Shown here: positions 1 through 13,300 of the stretch, piece by piece | Position numbering within the stretch: position 1 is the first letter of the stretch | Layout: each line of letters opens with the position of its first letter | Assembly (NCBI GenBank): GCA_013239625.1 | Contig: MU055574.1 | Span: forward strand, 20,568,115 to 20,632,114 | DNA: 64,000 nt | Direction: 5' to 3' | Origin: Lama guanicoe | Taxonomy: Eukaryota | Program-made: the position numbers and the translations under genes | Notes under the pieces: generated by a model | The model's database searches: none | What the model was told of the DNA's origin: nothing | The model's input: the letters and a program-made list of their open reading frames with translations, nothing else

Positions 1-1165
1 TGGTCTGGCGGGCCCGGGCGGGCGCGGCCGGGAGGGCCCGGCCTGGAGAGCGCTGTCTGGAGGGCCCAGCGCGTGGTCTGGCGGACCCGGCGCGGTCTGG
101 TGGACCCGGCCTGGAGACCGCCGTCGGGCGGACTCGCCACGGCCTGGCGGGCTCGGCAAGTGCGGTTTGGTCTGGCGGGCCCAGGCGAGCGCGGCCTGGT
201 CTGGCGGGCCCGGCCTGGAGACCTCGGTCTGGCGGGTCTGGCGGGCCCGGCGCGCGCGGCCTGGTCTGCAGGACCCGGCCTGGAGAGCGCGGCCTGGAGG
301 ACCCGGCGTGGTCTAGTCTGGTGGGGCCTCGCCAATGTGGTCTGGTCTGGTGGGCCCGGACGAGCTCGGCCTGGTCTGGCGGACCCGGCCTGGAGAGCGC
401 GGTCTGGAGGACCCGGCGCGGTCTGGCGGGCCCTGGTGAGCGTGGCCTGGCGGGCCCGGTGCGCAGGGTCTGAAGGACCCGGCGCGGCCTGGCCTGGAGA
501 ACGCGGCCTGGTCTGGCGGACCCGGCCTGGAGAGCGCCGTCTGGTGGGCCTGGCGCGCGTGGCCTGGTTTGGAGCACCCGGCCTGGAGACCGTGGTCTGG
601 AGGACCTGACGCGCGCGGCTTGGCGCGGTCCGGAGGACCCGGCGCGATCTGGCGGGCCCGGCGAGCGCGGACTGGTCTGGCGGGCCCAGCGAGCGCGGCC
701 TGGTCTGGCGGACCCGGCCTGGAGAGCGTGGTCTGGAGGACCTGGCGCGCGCGGTCTGGCGGGCCTGGCGCGGTCCGGTGGGCCCAGCGCGCGGTCTGGA
801 GGACCCAGCGCGCGGTCTGGTGGGCCCAGCGCGCGGTCTTGCGGACCCAGCGCGGTCTGGCGGACCCGACCTGGAGAGCGCGGTCTGGAGGACCCGGCGC
901 GGCCTGGCGGGCCTGGGCGAGCGCGGCCTGGTCTGGCGGGCTCGGCTTGGAGACCGCGGTCTGGCGGGCCTGGCGCGCGCAGCCTGGTCTGGAGGACCCG
1001 GCCTGGAGAGCGCGGCCTGGAGGACCCGGCGCGGTCTGGTCTGGTGGGGCCCCGCCAGTGCGATCTGGTCTGGCGGACCCGGCCTGGAGAGCGTGGTCTG
1101 GCGGGCCCGGCGCGCGGTCTGGAGGACCCGGCGCGGTCTGGCGGGCCCGGCGAGCGCGGCCCAGC
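1..1165. repeat. Degenerate GC-rich tandem repeat array (GGTCTGG-based modules), truncated by window start
   Basis: About 30 copies of GGTCTGG by eye, in modules such as GGTCTGGAGGACCCGGCGC and GGTCTGGCGGACCCGGCCTGGAGAGCGC. Confidence 0.9.
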
Positions 1166-1271
1166 CCATTTGGCGCCGTCCTCGGGAGCTGGCCGTGGGC
1201 CTGGCGTGCTGGCCGCCGCCCCGCAGTCCTCGCCCGGCTCTCGTCCGGGGAGGACGGCCAGGCTGGCCGGT

Positions 1272-1303
1272 TGCCGCGGTTGTCTGCCGCGGTTCACTGC
1301 CGC
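1272..1303 (+). promoter_or_regulatory. Three ZFP57-type TGCCGC motifs, 13-bp period
   Basis: TGCCGC starts at 1272, 1285 and 1298. Confidence 0.75.
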
Positions 1304-2379
1304 GGTGCACTGCGGCCTGTCCCCGAGTGCCGGGGTCGGCAGCCGGTCCCGGCCACCAGGTGGAGCGGGCAGAGGAAGAAGGCGAAGTGGACAGGCAGGC
1401 GCGATGCCGATGGGGCCTGACGCTGAGGGATGCCGGTGCCTCGCGCCGCAGCAGCAGAGATCGGCCGGAACCCTCCGGCCCGAGGCCAAGGCCTTCCTCG
1501 TTTGCTTTTCAGGGCAGGCCCAGCAGTTTTGAGGAGCCCCCAGGAGCTCTGGGCACAGGGCCGGATGGGGCTGCCGTGTGGGGGGACAGGAGGCGTGGGG
1601 GAGGGTCTTTTAAGGTGGGGGGAGGGCGCTGCCCGGGAGCGCCCCCTTCTGGCCGCAGCGCGCGCCGTTTCCCGCTGGCCTAGCCCGCCCTCCGTGTCTC
1701 CTGGAGCGCAGCGCTGCAGGGGCTCGCCAAAAGCCCCGCCTTGTCTCCCGGCGCCAGACACGCCCACGGTGGGCGGGGCTATGGGCGCTGTCCACGGGGC
1801 GCTGTCCTTGGTCCCGAAGCTTCGGCGGGGCTTCTGCGCCTATTTGGTCGAAATAAGATTTTCAGACAGACGTGGGGAGTTTCAGGCAGAGAAGGACGAT
1901 TCTGGCAAACCTTTGCCACGTAGACAGACAGAATAAAGAACCGCCATACTGTTAGTTTGGTGCTGTGGGCCTGAGGCCTGTTATCCCCTCTCCATTGTCA
2001 TTTTAATTTTCACCTGTCTCCTCCTTTCCTTTTTCTCTTTTTTAAGATCTCAGGTGTATGCATCGTATATGTACTCACCATTAATCTGTGAAGTAAACTT
2101 TTTTTTTTGTTTTTTAATTAGTTGTTTTGGATAACGCAGTGAACCTCTTCTCTAACAAAATCTAGAATCTTGACAAGTAACCACTTTATGTGTGTTGTTT
2201 TATCCCCCGTCCCCCTTCACTAGAAGTAATCATTAGGCCACATCTTGTATTTAAAGTTTTTTTCTTTCTTTCCTCTCTTTCTCTCTCAGTCAGTCTGTCT
2301 GTCTGTCTTAAGAGTCTGGGTGTATTTGATGTTTTTAAGTTTCTATAGAAAATATATATCATGCTTTGTGGTTTTTTTT

Positions 2380-3660
2380 TTGGACCTAAGTGATAATAAC
2401 AGTGTTATTTTGCTAAAAATCAGCTACATTATTATCTTTCACTGTGGTTTAGTCTTCTAATTCTTATGTAATATTGTGTAGCTCTACCAAAGTTAATTTG
2501 TCCACTCTTCTGTTGATGAGAATTTGAGTTGTTTCCAGGTTGTTGCTGGTGTGAAGAACATGAGATATTCTTTCAAATGTTTCTTGTTATATGTATATAT
2601 GGTCATGGTTTTCTCTTCTGTATTTACCTCAGAGCTTAATAGCTGGGTCATAGGCACGTGAATGTTCAATTACAGGACATAATACTGTGCTCATTTATGT
2701 AGTGGTTGTACCAGTTTGCACTTTACGTTTCCACCAACAACACAGGAGAGCTCTGGACCATTGCTCCTCCAACATTTTGGCATTTAATTTTTGTTGGTAG
2801 AATGGCTGAAATTGGTATATTGTGTGGTCTTGAACAAAGATGTTGAACATCTTTTCATAAATTTATGAAGATGTATTTCTTCTGTCTATCATGTCTTACC
2901 TGTTTTATGTTGAGTTATCTATTGCATGTAACTTAGTTTTTTCCTCTAGAAGCTTTAGAATTTTCTCTGCCTTTAAAATTAAAATCACTGTACTGTGACT
3001 AGGTATGGGTTTTCCCCTCCTCTTAGCATGCTTTCTCAGTCAGAGGTCATTTGTTTTCTTTTATTTCCTAGAATTAAAAAAAAAAACCTTTTGTTCTAAC
3101 TCATTTGTGTGTTGAGTGTACATATATGTGTATATATGTGTGTATATTCCTGATGTTAGCTGTTTACCAGCTCTGTGTGTCTCCCAGTTTACAATTTGTT
3201 TCTGCTTTCCTTCAGCTGTTTTTTGATGAATATAAACTTTTAAATTTAGTAAGCCAAATTTATTGGTTTTTCTTTTTTTTGGGTAGTTAATTCTTTTGAG
3301 TCTTAAATATTTTCCTGCAGTAAGATCTAAAAGATTAACTGTATCTTCTACTAAGAGTTTTAAAGCTTGGTTTTGATGTTTTTGTCTTTAATCCATTTGG
3401 AGTTGATTTTTTTGTATACAGTGGTAAGTAGGGATCTTATTTTATCTTTTTTCCCGTATGGATTGCCATTTTGTTTCCAGTTCCATTTAATCAACAGTCT
3501 TCTTGCTCAGTGACCTGATGTATTACTTCTGTTGTATATCAAAGTTTGACTCAAAAATATGTTTGTGTGCTCTCTGTTCTAGTCTCTTGATCTTTATTCC
3601 AGTCTGTTTATCAGTTTATCTGTTTTTATGCCAAATGCTATCATACTGAAATTATACAGA
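2380..3660 (-). mobile_element. Old L1 fragments
   Basis: T-rich sequence with L1 3'-region-like motifs (e.g. agtggttgtaccagtttgcact, gatgttgaacatcttttcata); boundaries approximate. Confidence 0.55.
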
Positions 3661-3699
3661 CTTTTTACCACAATAATATACCAGGCAAACTGAGAAGTG

Positions 3700-4090
3700 A
3701 TCACCCTACTTGTGGACCATTCTAAAGAATTTTGGTTTTATAGTGTTTATGATGGGAAGTTATTGACGAACTTGAGCTATATATTCTAACTTGTGTTTTG
3801 AAGATCACACTGGTGCAAGATGGATGGGGAAGGGAGGACCATCCAAGAGGTGGAGGCACAGGGATCAGTTAGGAGGCTATTGTCAGAGTTCAGCTGAGAG
3901 GTGTTATGGGTTCGGTAGTGCAGTGATGGCGAGACGTGGATGTATTTGAGGTGAAGGTTGAACCAGTAGAACTTTCTATTGTGATAAGTGAGAGAAAGCT
4001 AGGACTCAGTGCAGTGTGTTTGGGGTTTCTACAGCTGGGTGGATGGGAATGTCATTCCTGAGATGGAGAATTCTGGGAAAGGGGCAGTTG
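3700..4090. mobile_element. L2 fragment
   Basis: L2-like text (gaagatcacactgg...cagttaggaggctattg); approximate. Confidence 0.5.
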
Positions 4091-4208
4091 GTAAGATTAT
4101 AAGCTTTCAGAGGAATTATAGTGCCATTTTTAATTTGCTTGTGCTTGGAAATAGCTTTATGGTTACGAATGTTTTATAGCTCACTCATGCTCTTTTCCCT
4201 CCAAATAG

Positions 4209-4333
4209 GTGACTCTCTTCTGAAAAGCGCAACCAGATCTCTTCTGGAATTCAACACAACAGTGAGCTGTGAACAGCAGAGTACAGGTCACAGAATCCAG
4301 AGTAGCATCACCTTCTTGTGTGGGAAAACCTTG
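4209..4333 (+). CDS. IGF2R: IGF2R exon 3 (125 bp)
   Basis: tag|GT...TTG|gtgagt; [20 protein letters not shown]...FLCGKTL. Confidence 0.95.
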
Positions 4334-7300
4334 GTGAGTGAATCCACACAGAGTCACTTTACAGTCTTTCTTTTAAAAATGTTTGTCCCTGGGGTGTTCT
4401 TGCTGTAATGGTATTCTAGGACAAGTGGGTAAAATTAAAAACACAAGCAAACAAATAAACAGAAACCCCAACCAAATTACCATCACCATTAAGAACCAGT
4501 AAGTAAACAAATCCTAAGCCTACAGTTATAACTTTCAAGTGAAACTTGAGCCACATCCTGTGTAAAATGACAATTTAAAGATTAGTGTGTTAAACTCAAA
4601 GCACTGTTTAATGTTTATGTTGCAGGCCTTTTTTTTTTTTTTTTTCCCTTTGAAAGCTTCTTCTCCCAGCATTTTATTTTGATAGTTTTTAGGGCAATGT
4701 GTTTGTTTTTAAAAACGTTTTTCCTCATTTACATTAAATTGGATAGACTGACATCTGTCTAGAAGAAGCCTTGGCCAGTAGGTAATAGGGCTCCCAACCT
4801 TTTGGGGGTATTACTAGTGTTGAAATGGAACATAATTGTTTAAATCACAATGCTTGTTCTCATTCTCTGCATATGCTATGTGATTTCTTTAATTTTAATC
4901 GTTAGCATTTAGAAAGGGATTCTCAGTAAATGATCGCTACCTTTTAGGAAAAGCAATCTGTTTACAAATCCTATGAATGTTCTCTAATCAGAGTAAGAAT
5001 CTACGTGTTTAGAAAAATCAGGGTGAGTGAAGCTCATGTGGCTACCAGATTGCCTTAAAGTATCATTTTTAGAATTTGATGCTGTGGCTGTTGCATTTTC
5101 AGGCCATACTGTCTCATCTGAAGAACTTTAAAAATAGAACTTGTACTGTTAATTTTGGACCAGTCTATCAGTTTTACTATTGTCCCTGTTGAAACCTTGG
5201 GGGAAAAAATTTCGTTGGCAGTGCTCTGAAATCTGGAAGTCTGAGTTATAGAATAAGCTAGCTGCTGTTTTAATTTTAACTCATTTCCTTCAAGAATTCT
5301 GTGTTCACCGTACAAGAACCAGAATTCACAGAACTGGTTAAATCTGCACATGGGCGCATGGAGGTGAGTTTGCGCCGGGCGATAGCAGCCAGCAGCGCCG
5401 TGCCTAACCGGTTTGGAGTAGTTACCGGGGTCACGGTCTGTCAAGTGCGGGGGCGTCTGACCGAGGCTGGTGCCTGAGCTCGGTCAGGTCCAGATGGGCC
5501 TCCTCCCTCGGTTTCCAGGAAGCATGAGGTCACATTTTCTGGCTTTGGCTTTGTTGGCGTTTGATTCAGAGAACATTTGGAGCTTGAGAGTAGAACGGCT
5601 GTGAGGATTACTTCCCATGAGTTTACTGTACTTGCATAGTTGGGGCAGTAGAACAGTTTTGGATCAGTTATAGCCAGATTCCAACGTGATTTTATGAAGC
5701 TTTTGTCTCCAAAGTTTTGGGTCTGGGAGCCTTTTCTTGATGTCCCCGTTTAGCTTAAACAGTTGTGTGTCATGCCCCACCCCCTCTGTTGCTAGTTTAA
5801 AAATTTTCTTTCATCTTTACTGTTTCTGACTTTAAAAAAGAACACGTTGTGATATGCAGTATGTAAAATTATTTTTACTTTTTTTTTAAAAATAGGGAAC
5901 TCCTGAATTTGTAACTGCAACAGACTGTGTGCATTACTTCGAGTGGAGGACGACCGCAGCCTGCAAGAAAGACACATTTAAAGCAAATAAAGAGGTAACA
6001 AGGGCACTTCAAGGTCACGGGCTCGTGAAGTACATTCTGGGACCCTGAAGGTTTGAAGTACTGACACAAATGTTCTGGAATAGAAATCTTTTTTGGTTTT
6101 CAGACTCCACTTGAGCAGAGAGAACCATGTGATTTAATTGTTAAATTGTGCTGGCTGGTTCTTAGCTTTAGGACAGGGCATTTTAAACATCACAGGATGC
6201 ACTGGAAATAGAATGGCTCACTCACGTAGAGCAGGTTCTTGGTTTCTGATGCTTTGCAGCTCAAGAACTCGGTAACAAGTTGAAGTTGGGTTTAGATTAT
6301 TATCTCTGCCTGTGGACACCATCTCCTTAGCCTTGGGGTGGCTTCTGCATGCCTTGTGGATCCCAGCCAGGTGTGCTGAGCCCTCCAGTTCTGGTCGTTG
6401 CCGAAGCACCCTCTTCCCTGAAGCCTCTGATGTTGGCTCTGCTGTGTGACTGTCCCTGGCCTGGGGGGTGCTGAAGGCATTCTGCCTGCCACTCCTCCTC
6501 TCCCACCATTTACAAAAATTTTTTTTTTACCTTTTTTTTGGTGTCTGGGGTTAATCAGGTTTCTTTATTTTTTAAATGGTTGTACAGGGAATTGAACCCA
6601 GGACCTTGTGCATGCTAGGCTTTTGTTCTACCCTTGAGTTATACCCTCCCCTTAGCTCTTCTGTTCTGAAGGGTTGAGTCCAAAGACTCTCTTAGAAACT
6701 AGGAACTGACAAATGGGAGTATTCAGTCCTTTCCACTGATGGCCTAATGCAGTGTCATTTAAGAAGGGCAAAAAGAGATGTTTGTTTTTAAAAAAATAAA
6801 AGCAAATTAAGCTACTAAGCTATTACTGATTCTTCGAATGTGGCAGTCTATAAAAGAAAAAAGACAGTCAAAATGCTGCCTCTCTGAAGACTGCAAGGAT
6901 TGCTCAATGGGAAAAAAGTTCAAAGTGTGGAAAGAAAGAAGACCTAGTGAAATGACACCGATACTGTAGGAGATGATGTCGAATTTAGCTTTGCATTTTA
7001 GACCTTAGGTTAAATTGTTTGCCAGTTTACAGCAGGAAAGTAACTGTTTGCAATATAATGGCAGGAAAAGCATCTTGGAATCACAGTGTGCTCTCCTCAG
7101 AGACCCCAGGCCTTCCGGGCCCTTTGGAGGTTCCCTTGGGCTCTGATTCTCTGAGAATTACACCCATTTTTCCTGTTTTAACTGGGTGTCCTCTTACCTT
7201 GCTTTGCTGAGCTAACTGACCGTTGTCTCCCACCACTGAGGGAATGATGGCTTCCCAAAGGAAAGAAAGAAATGGTGAATTGTTTTCGATTTTTCTCTGT

Positions 7301-10300
7301 GTTGTCGGTCAGAAGTCACAAACTACATCCTGTGTTTGTGCAGCCTCACGACTAAGAATGGTTCTTTACATTTTTATAGGATTGTAAAAAAGCAAAGAAG
7401 AATACATAGCAGAGACCTGCGTCACTCATGGAGCCTAAAATGTTTGCAGAACAAGTGTGCTGACCCTTGGTCTGAGTCGTTTTGAGTGCTGGGGAGGAGA
7501 TGCAGTCCGTGTTTTTCTCAAAAGTGACGGCATTTAACTTGTCTTAGAAGCTGATCTAAAGATGCAGGAGGAATGTTGGTTTGTTCCCAGTCGTCATTTC
7601 TTTAAGCCTGTTTGGCAGCTGGGCTGTATTCATGCAGTTTTCATTTATTGAGGGCCTGTTGCAGGCTAAGTTGTAGGAATTTCATTACATTTTGAAGGAG
7701 TTGTTGCATTCAGGGAGCCCACAGACAGAAGTGTGGAGGGCATGTCTCTGCCTTAGGTGTAGACAGATGACACAGGGGACAGCATGATGGCTGTTTAAAA
7801 AAAACCCCCAAAACACAGTGTTCTCACCGCTAGCAAATCGTAACAAATTCCCCTTTCTGTCTTCAGCGAGATTTGATTACACCTTACAGGCTGTGATATA
7901 ACTTCAAAAATTATGTTAAATGTACATCTGTGAAACACTCATCAGTGCTTTAAAAATATAAAAAATTCAGATTTGGTTTAGTGTCAGTGTGGTCTTGATT
8001 TCCACACCTCACTGACATCCCCTCATTTCTCTGGTTAGTTTTGATTTGTCAGATGGAGAATGATTTGATGGGCAGAGGTCATGTTGGTTCTTAAAAGTGC
8101 CTTCTAAACCCATCAGTATAGCACTTGTTCAGTGGATTGTTTGAGATCATAATTTCTGGAAAACATCGTGGACGTATGTCTCCTACCATTCTGCTCTCAG
8201 GAACACAGAGAATTCAGAACTGGCACGCTAGCGGTCTTAGGAGAGTTACATAAGTACGATTAATGTACATACAACGCGAACAAGGGTGACTCAGTGTGCG
8301 GTGCGTGGAGCTGGCAACGGGCTCCTTCCCCGGCTGCTACTTTCCTGCTCTCATGAATGTCTCCATTGCTCTGCTCAGTGGAGCAGGAAGTGGGAGGACT
8401 TCCCCCAGGAGCCTTGACTGTTTTTCCGACGCACGCGCCAGTTCTGTGGGGCGCTGTGCTGGGCGCATCTTCTGTTCCTTCCTGGAGGAGACAGGCAGCC
8501 AGAAGTTGCTCACGGCCTTGAGCCCGGGGTTGCAAGCTTGGCCAGTTGGAATCCCCCAAGCCTTCTGGTACAGTTGCGCTCCTTTCAGGATTGTGAGTCC
8601 TTTCAGACATGGCCCCTGTTGTCCCCCCTGCCGTGCGCCATCCCTCTCTCTGTTCTTTAATTTTGTAGCTAGAGTGTTGTTTCTTGTCTCTGTTCTCCCA
8701 TTTAGCCGAATTGCTCCCCCCTCGAGTTAGTGTTTCTGCATCATCTTGCTGGGGGGATGACAGGCCTTAGACTCACGTTGCAGACACCAGTTACTTTCAC
8801 CGGCGCCTCCCTGCGGTCCGCAGGAGTCCCTTTCTTGTATTCTGAGTGCCTTTCTGCAGGATGTAGTGCTTGGTGTGGGGCCTGGCCTTCTGAATTCACC
8901 TGGTCTGTGCCGGTGCCCGCCCTCCTCAGTCGGCAGCGGGCTCTCCGGTCAGCGTAGCAGGTGATGGGAGACTTTGCTTTAAGGGTCTGGTTGAAATGAG
9001 TTTAGGTGCCCCACGTCGCCCCTGGCTACCAGGGGATGCAAGTTCTTTGATTTAATCCATTAGTTCTCCTCTGCAAACTGGGCAGGGAAAGGGGTTAGTG
9101 GATCAGAGCAGTCCTGCAGGCTTGATAGCATCTTTTAAAAAACGTTTAAAAGCTAAACATTAACATTAAGCAATTAACTTTTGTAAATAGACCTGCCTGT
9201 GAATAGTTTCAGTCTAAAATAGTTTCAGTCTACATAATTTAGAAAAATTATCCATAGAAAGTGATGAGGCAAACTACTTTGAAAGGATGGCGGAGAACAT
9301 GAGTTTTCAGAATATTCTTTGGCTGAGGTGATTAAAATGATGCAGTGCATTATTTTGGAGGCTAGACTTGGGAGGTGTTGCAGATAAAGACAGAGCAGCA
9401 GATGGTGTTGACTAGGGGACCCAGGTCTTGACTGAGGGTCCATCTCTTGCCTTGAATGCTTTTCCTTCAGTATTTGGTGAGACTTTCAAAGCATAGGGTC
9501 TTGCCGGCTGTAATGGGTTCTTTGACGTCCCCTCCCTGCTTTTTTCCTCTAGCTTTATTGAGGTATAACTGACAAATAAAATTGCATATATTTAAAGTGT
9601 ACAATGTAATGATTTAATATACTCGTTGACTCTTTAAAAATAAGAGGCCATTAATTAGTTCATAGAGATGAGAGAGTCGTCATAAATTAGCCTCCAGTAA
9701 GAGTGGGTTAGATGCCCAGGGGAGGAACTTGTCCTCACGTGTCAGCACAGAGGTGTTTAACAGGCCCCTGTTGGTTTCTGGGCGCTGTCCCCAGCCTTGC
9801 TTGGGGCTACATCTGTGACAGAGGCCCTTCCTCTCTTCTAGGTGCCGTGCTACACATTTGATAGAGAGCTCAAGAAGCATGATTTAAACCCACTGATCAA
9901 GATCAGCGGTGCCTACTTGGTGGATGACTCTGACCCGGACACCTCTCTGTTCATCAACGTTTGCAGAGACATAGGTCTGAATCTGTGGGCAGTGAGGAGG
10001 GTGGTGGCGAAGGATTTCTTCGAAGGCTTCAGTATATTTGCCCGTCCACATTCCTGTTTGGATGTCCGTGTCACTGATGGGGCTCTCTAAGAGAGCTTTT
10101 GTCCCCAGGGATGTTCTCTGTGCACAGCTCCTCCCTTTTGCAAATTTTGATTCCATCACAAAGTCCCCAAACCATCGGTCCATCCCAGCGTGTCCTCTGC
10201 CAGGTGCTTTGGGTTTCAGGATTCGCAAGCAGATCTTCCTACTAATGAGATGAGGGAGAATGGACTGATTTGGGGGAACTGGGGGCGCCGAGAGCTGCTG

Positions 10301-13300
10301 GGGCAGAGTAGGGGCAGAGAAGGCACGCTAACCCTCCCCTTCATCAGCGCTCAGACTTCACTTAAATAAAGCCCAAGCGAGGTGGTGGAACTGTTACTTC
10401 TGATCCTGTTACGTGGTGGGCGCTGACTTGGGCACTGACTTGGGCGCTGGGCTGTAGCACTCAGCACATGGGCGTTCTGCTCTCCTGGGGAAGGTGCATA
10501 GTAGGTAAGCCCCGTAATGTACAAGATATCAGATGAAGATAAAAGTCATCGTGTAAAGAGAAACACAGCTGTAGTAATCATGGCCACTGCTGCCGGCAGT
10601 CTGTACAGTCTGGCTATTACTCTAGGCACGTTTAGTTTCTTTTCTTTGCTCCTCCCCAAGCCTGTGAGGTAGCGCACAAGCCATTGGGTCCATCGGTAAT
10701 TTGACCAAAGTCATAGAGACAGTAAGTGGTGGAGCTAAAATTTGAACCCAGAGCTGTGTGTGGGTTCTTTCCATGAATCTACTCATCTTCCCACTAGTCC
10801 AGTCCATGGAGTGCCTAGTCTAGCTTGAAAGTGGGCAATACTGGGGTTCCTGTAACTCTAGGAGAAGGGGGTACATCATCCCTTCACTTACCTCTTATGC
10901 ACCAGGCACAGGGCGAGCATCTTCCATTGCTTGGTGACTTCCCGGCTGCCCTGCAGGGTGGGAGTGCTGATCTCATCCTGAGTGGTCATTGACTTGTGCA
11001 GGGTCTCAAACTGGGATGTGATCCTACTCTGTTTTGTTTCCAGACTTCTACTACCTTATGTTACTTATGGAGACTTGAAAAAAATTGATCATGTTTTAAA
11101 GGAACCTTGGACCTAAGGGTAAGCTTGGTTACTACGCCGGATGCGTGGTCTGATTCAATGTCACATGTCACCTTTTGCAGACGCCCTACGGGACTCCAGT
11201 CCGCAGTTGCGTGCCTGTCCCCCCGGCACTGCCGCCTGCCTGGTGCAAGGGGGCCAGGGCTTCGACGTCGGCCGGCCCAAGGAGGGACTGCAGCTCCTGA
11301 GCAACGACAGGTCGGTGTGCTGCTGGCGTGCCATCTCTGGCAGGAACTGGCTTTTCAGGGAGTTGGGAGAATGTCCCTTTACAACAGGGCTTGAGAGAGT
11401 ACGTGCAAAATTACTGCTTCCCATATGCTCATAAAGTTCTTTGTTAGTCATGACTTGAGTCACATGTGCTGGCTTGTTGACCTTCTAATCACTTGTCTCT
11501 TAGAGCTGGAAAATGTGTGTCACGAGCCAGCTCGTGCCTACACGTGCATCCACTTCGTGAAATAACACCTCCCTTAAGGCGTGTTCTGACGGTTTCCCTG
11601 CTTCGCCATCCGTGACATTGGTTTTATGTCCAAGGTTATCTGTTATTTAAAAACATGGTCCTGGGCGGGCGAGCGGCAGGAGGGCCACTTTGCAGGCACC
11701 CTTCTGGATGCAGAGTTTGCCTCCCTAACTGAGATACGCCGGCCCCCAGTTCCCAGTGACCGTGGTTCCTTTCTCCTAAAAAGCGGTGCCGGTTGCACGT
11801 GCGCCTCTCCTGTTCGTGTGTCTGACTCGGCAGAGATGTCCTTCTCCAGTGTGTCACACGTGACCACGTCCTGAACTTGGGTCAGGGATTTTGATTTTCT
11901 CCCCGTTCCTGGGGCATTTGGCAAGTAGCTGCTGTAGTCCGGAGCTGGTGGCACTTCCCTGTGTGCAGTTATAGGTCGCACTTCTGTCCCCAGGAAACGC
12001 TGGAGCATAAGCGCAATTTAAAGGTGTTTGGGAGATGTCTGCACGTGGGTCTGTGTTCACTGCCGTGGCCGCCGAGCCAAGTACTGCAGACGGGTGGTTC
12101 AACACCGGAAACTTGTTTCCTCGGTGTTGGAGGCTAAGGTGTCAGCAGGGTGGGTTCTCCTGAGACCTTCGCCCTCGGCCTGCAGGCAGCCACCTTCTCC
12201 CCGGTCTTCTCACGGCCTCACCTCTGTGTCTGGGTCCTGCTCTCCTCTAGTAAGGACACCAGTCGTTCTGTTGAGGGCGCACTCCGATGACCGCATTTTA
12301 GCTTAATCACCTCTTCAGTGGCCCTGTTTCCAAGTACAACCATGCGTGGAGCTCCTGGGGGTGGTTAGGGCTTCAACATGCGAATTTTGTGGGCACACAG
12401 TTCGGTCTCTTGCATTGTCCTGTGTGATGAAAGGGTGATTCTTCATCCTGGGAGGGCTCGAGAGGAAGTGTGGACATCGAGCAAAGGCCTGAGCTTGTCT
12501 TCAGAGAAGAGGAAGGTCATCTGCTCTCTGTGGTTCTGTGGCCAGCACACCAGGAGCCGAGCCCATGCCCCACAGGGAGAGCAGGACCCCCCCCCCCCCC
12601 CCNNNNNNNNNNNNNNNNNNNNNNNNNNNNNNNNNNNNNNNNNNCCCCCCCCCCCCCCCGCGGCTCCAGGCTTTTCCCAGCTCCCCGCAGCCGAGGCCCT
12701 GCCACTGGGCTCGCTTCAGTTTCATTCCAAAAGAGGAGACCTTTGGCTTGCACTTAGGAGTTGTGTTCAGAGAGGAAGTGGTCGAGCAGCTTTGCGGCCG
12801 ACGTGCGCTCGGCCTGCTCGCTCGTTTGTTTTGTTTTGTTAGATCCTTCACGGTTGTGTGTGTTTGTTGTACTCAGACAGCTTTTCTTCGTATTCGGGTT
12901 TACTTATTTTTTTAAGAAAATAGCACTCACCGCGTTGACTTAAGAAAAAAATTTTCTGAATGACAATAAAGGCAAATTGCTCTGTCCCGTGGCTTCTTTT
13001 ACATTTCAATCTTTCTTCTGTTAACCCTCCTTCCCCAGAGAGTGTGCTGAGTGCTCAGGGCAACAGCTCACCCTGAACGTGATTTGCACTTTTATAACAG
13101 CCTTTCCTCCACGTGCCTCCCGCAGGCTTGTCCTGAGCTACGCGAAGGAAGAGGCAATCCAGCCAGACTTCTGTGACGGTCACCGCCCGGCGGTGACGAT
13201 TACGTTCGTCTGCCCGTCGGAGCGCAGAGAGGTGAGGGCCTGGTCTTGGGCGGCCTCCCCGCAGTGGAGGGGCGTCAGGGCTGGGGCTGCAGCCGGGCGG

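Larger units (their letters stand above)
1..1900. promoter_or_regulatory. Intron-2 CpG island, probable imprinting control region (DMR2) / AIRN promoter region
   Basis: Very CpG-dense, ends ~2.3 kb upstream of exon 3, contains tandem repeats, TGCCGC x3 and GC boxes; position matches the Igf2r ICR known in other eutherians. Confidence 0.85.

Noticed and set aside
1-1165. CRISPR-like or other prokaryotic repeat system
   Set aside because: Mammalian intronic DNA; degenerate repeats without unique spacers or cas genes.
73-1936. Long overlapping ORFs (160-300 aa) in the CpG island
   Set aside because: Low-complexity translations of a GC-rich repeat that lacks stop codons; open in several frames with no recognisable protein.
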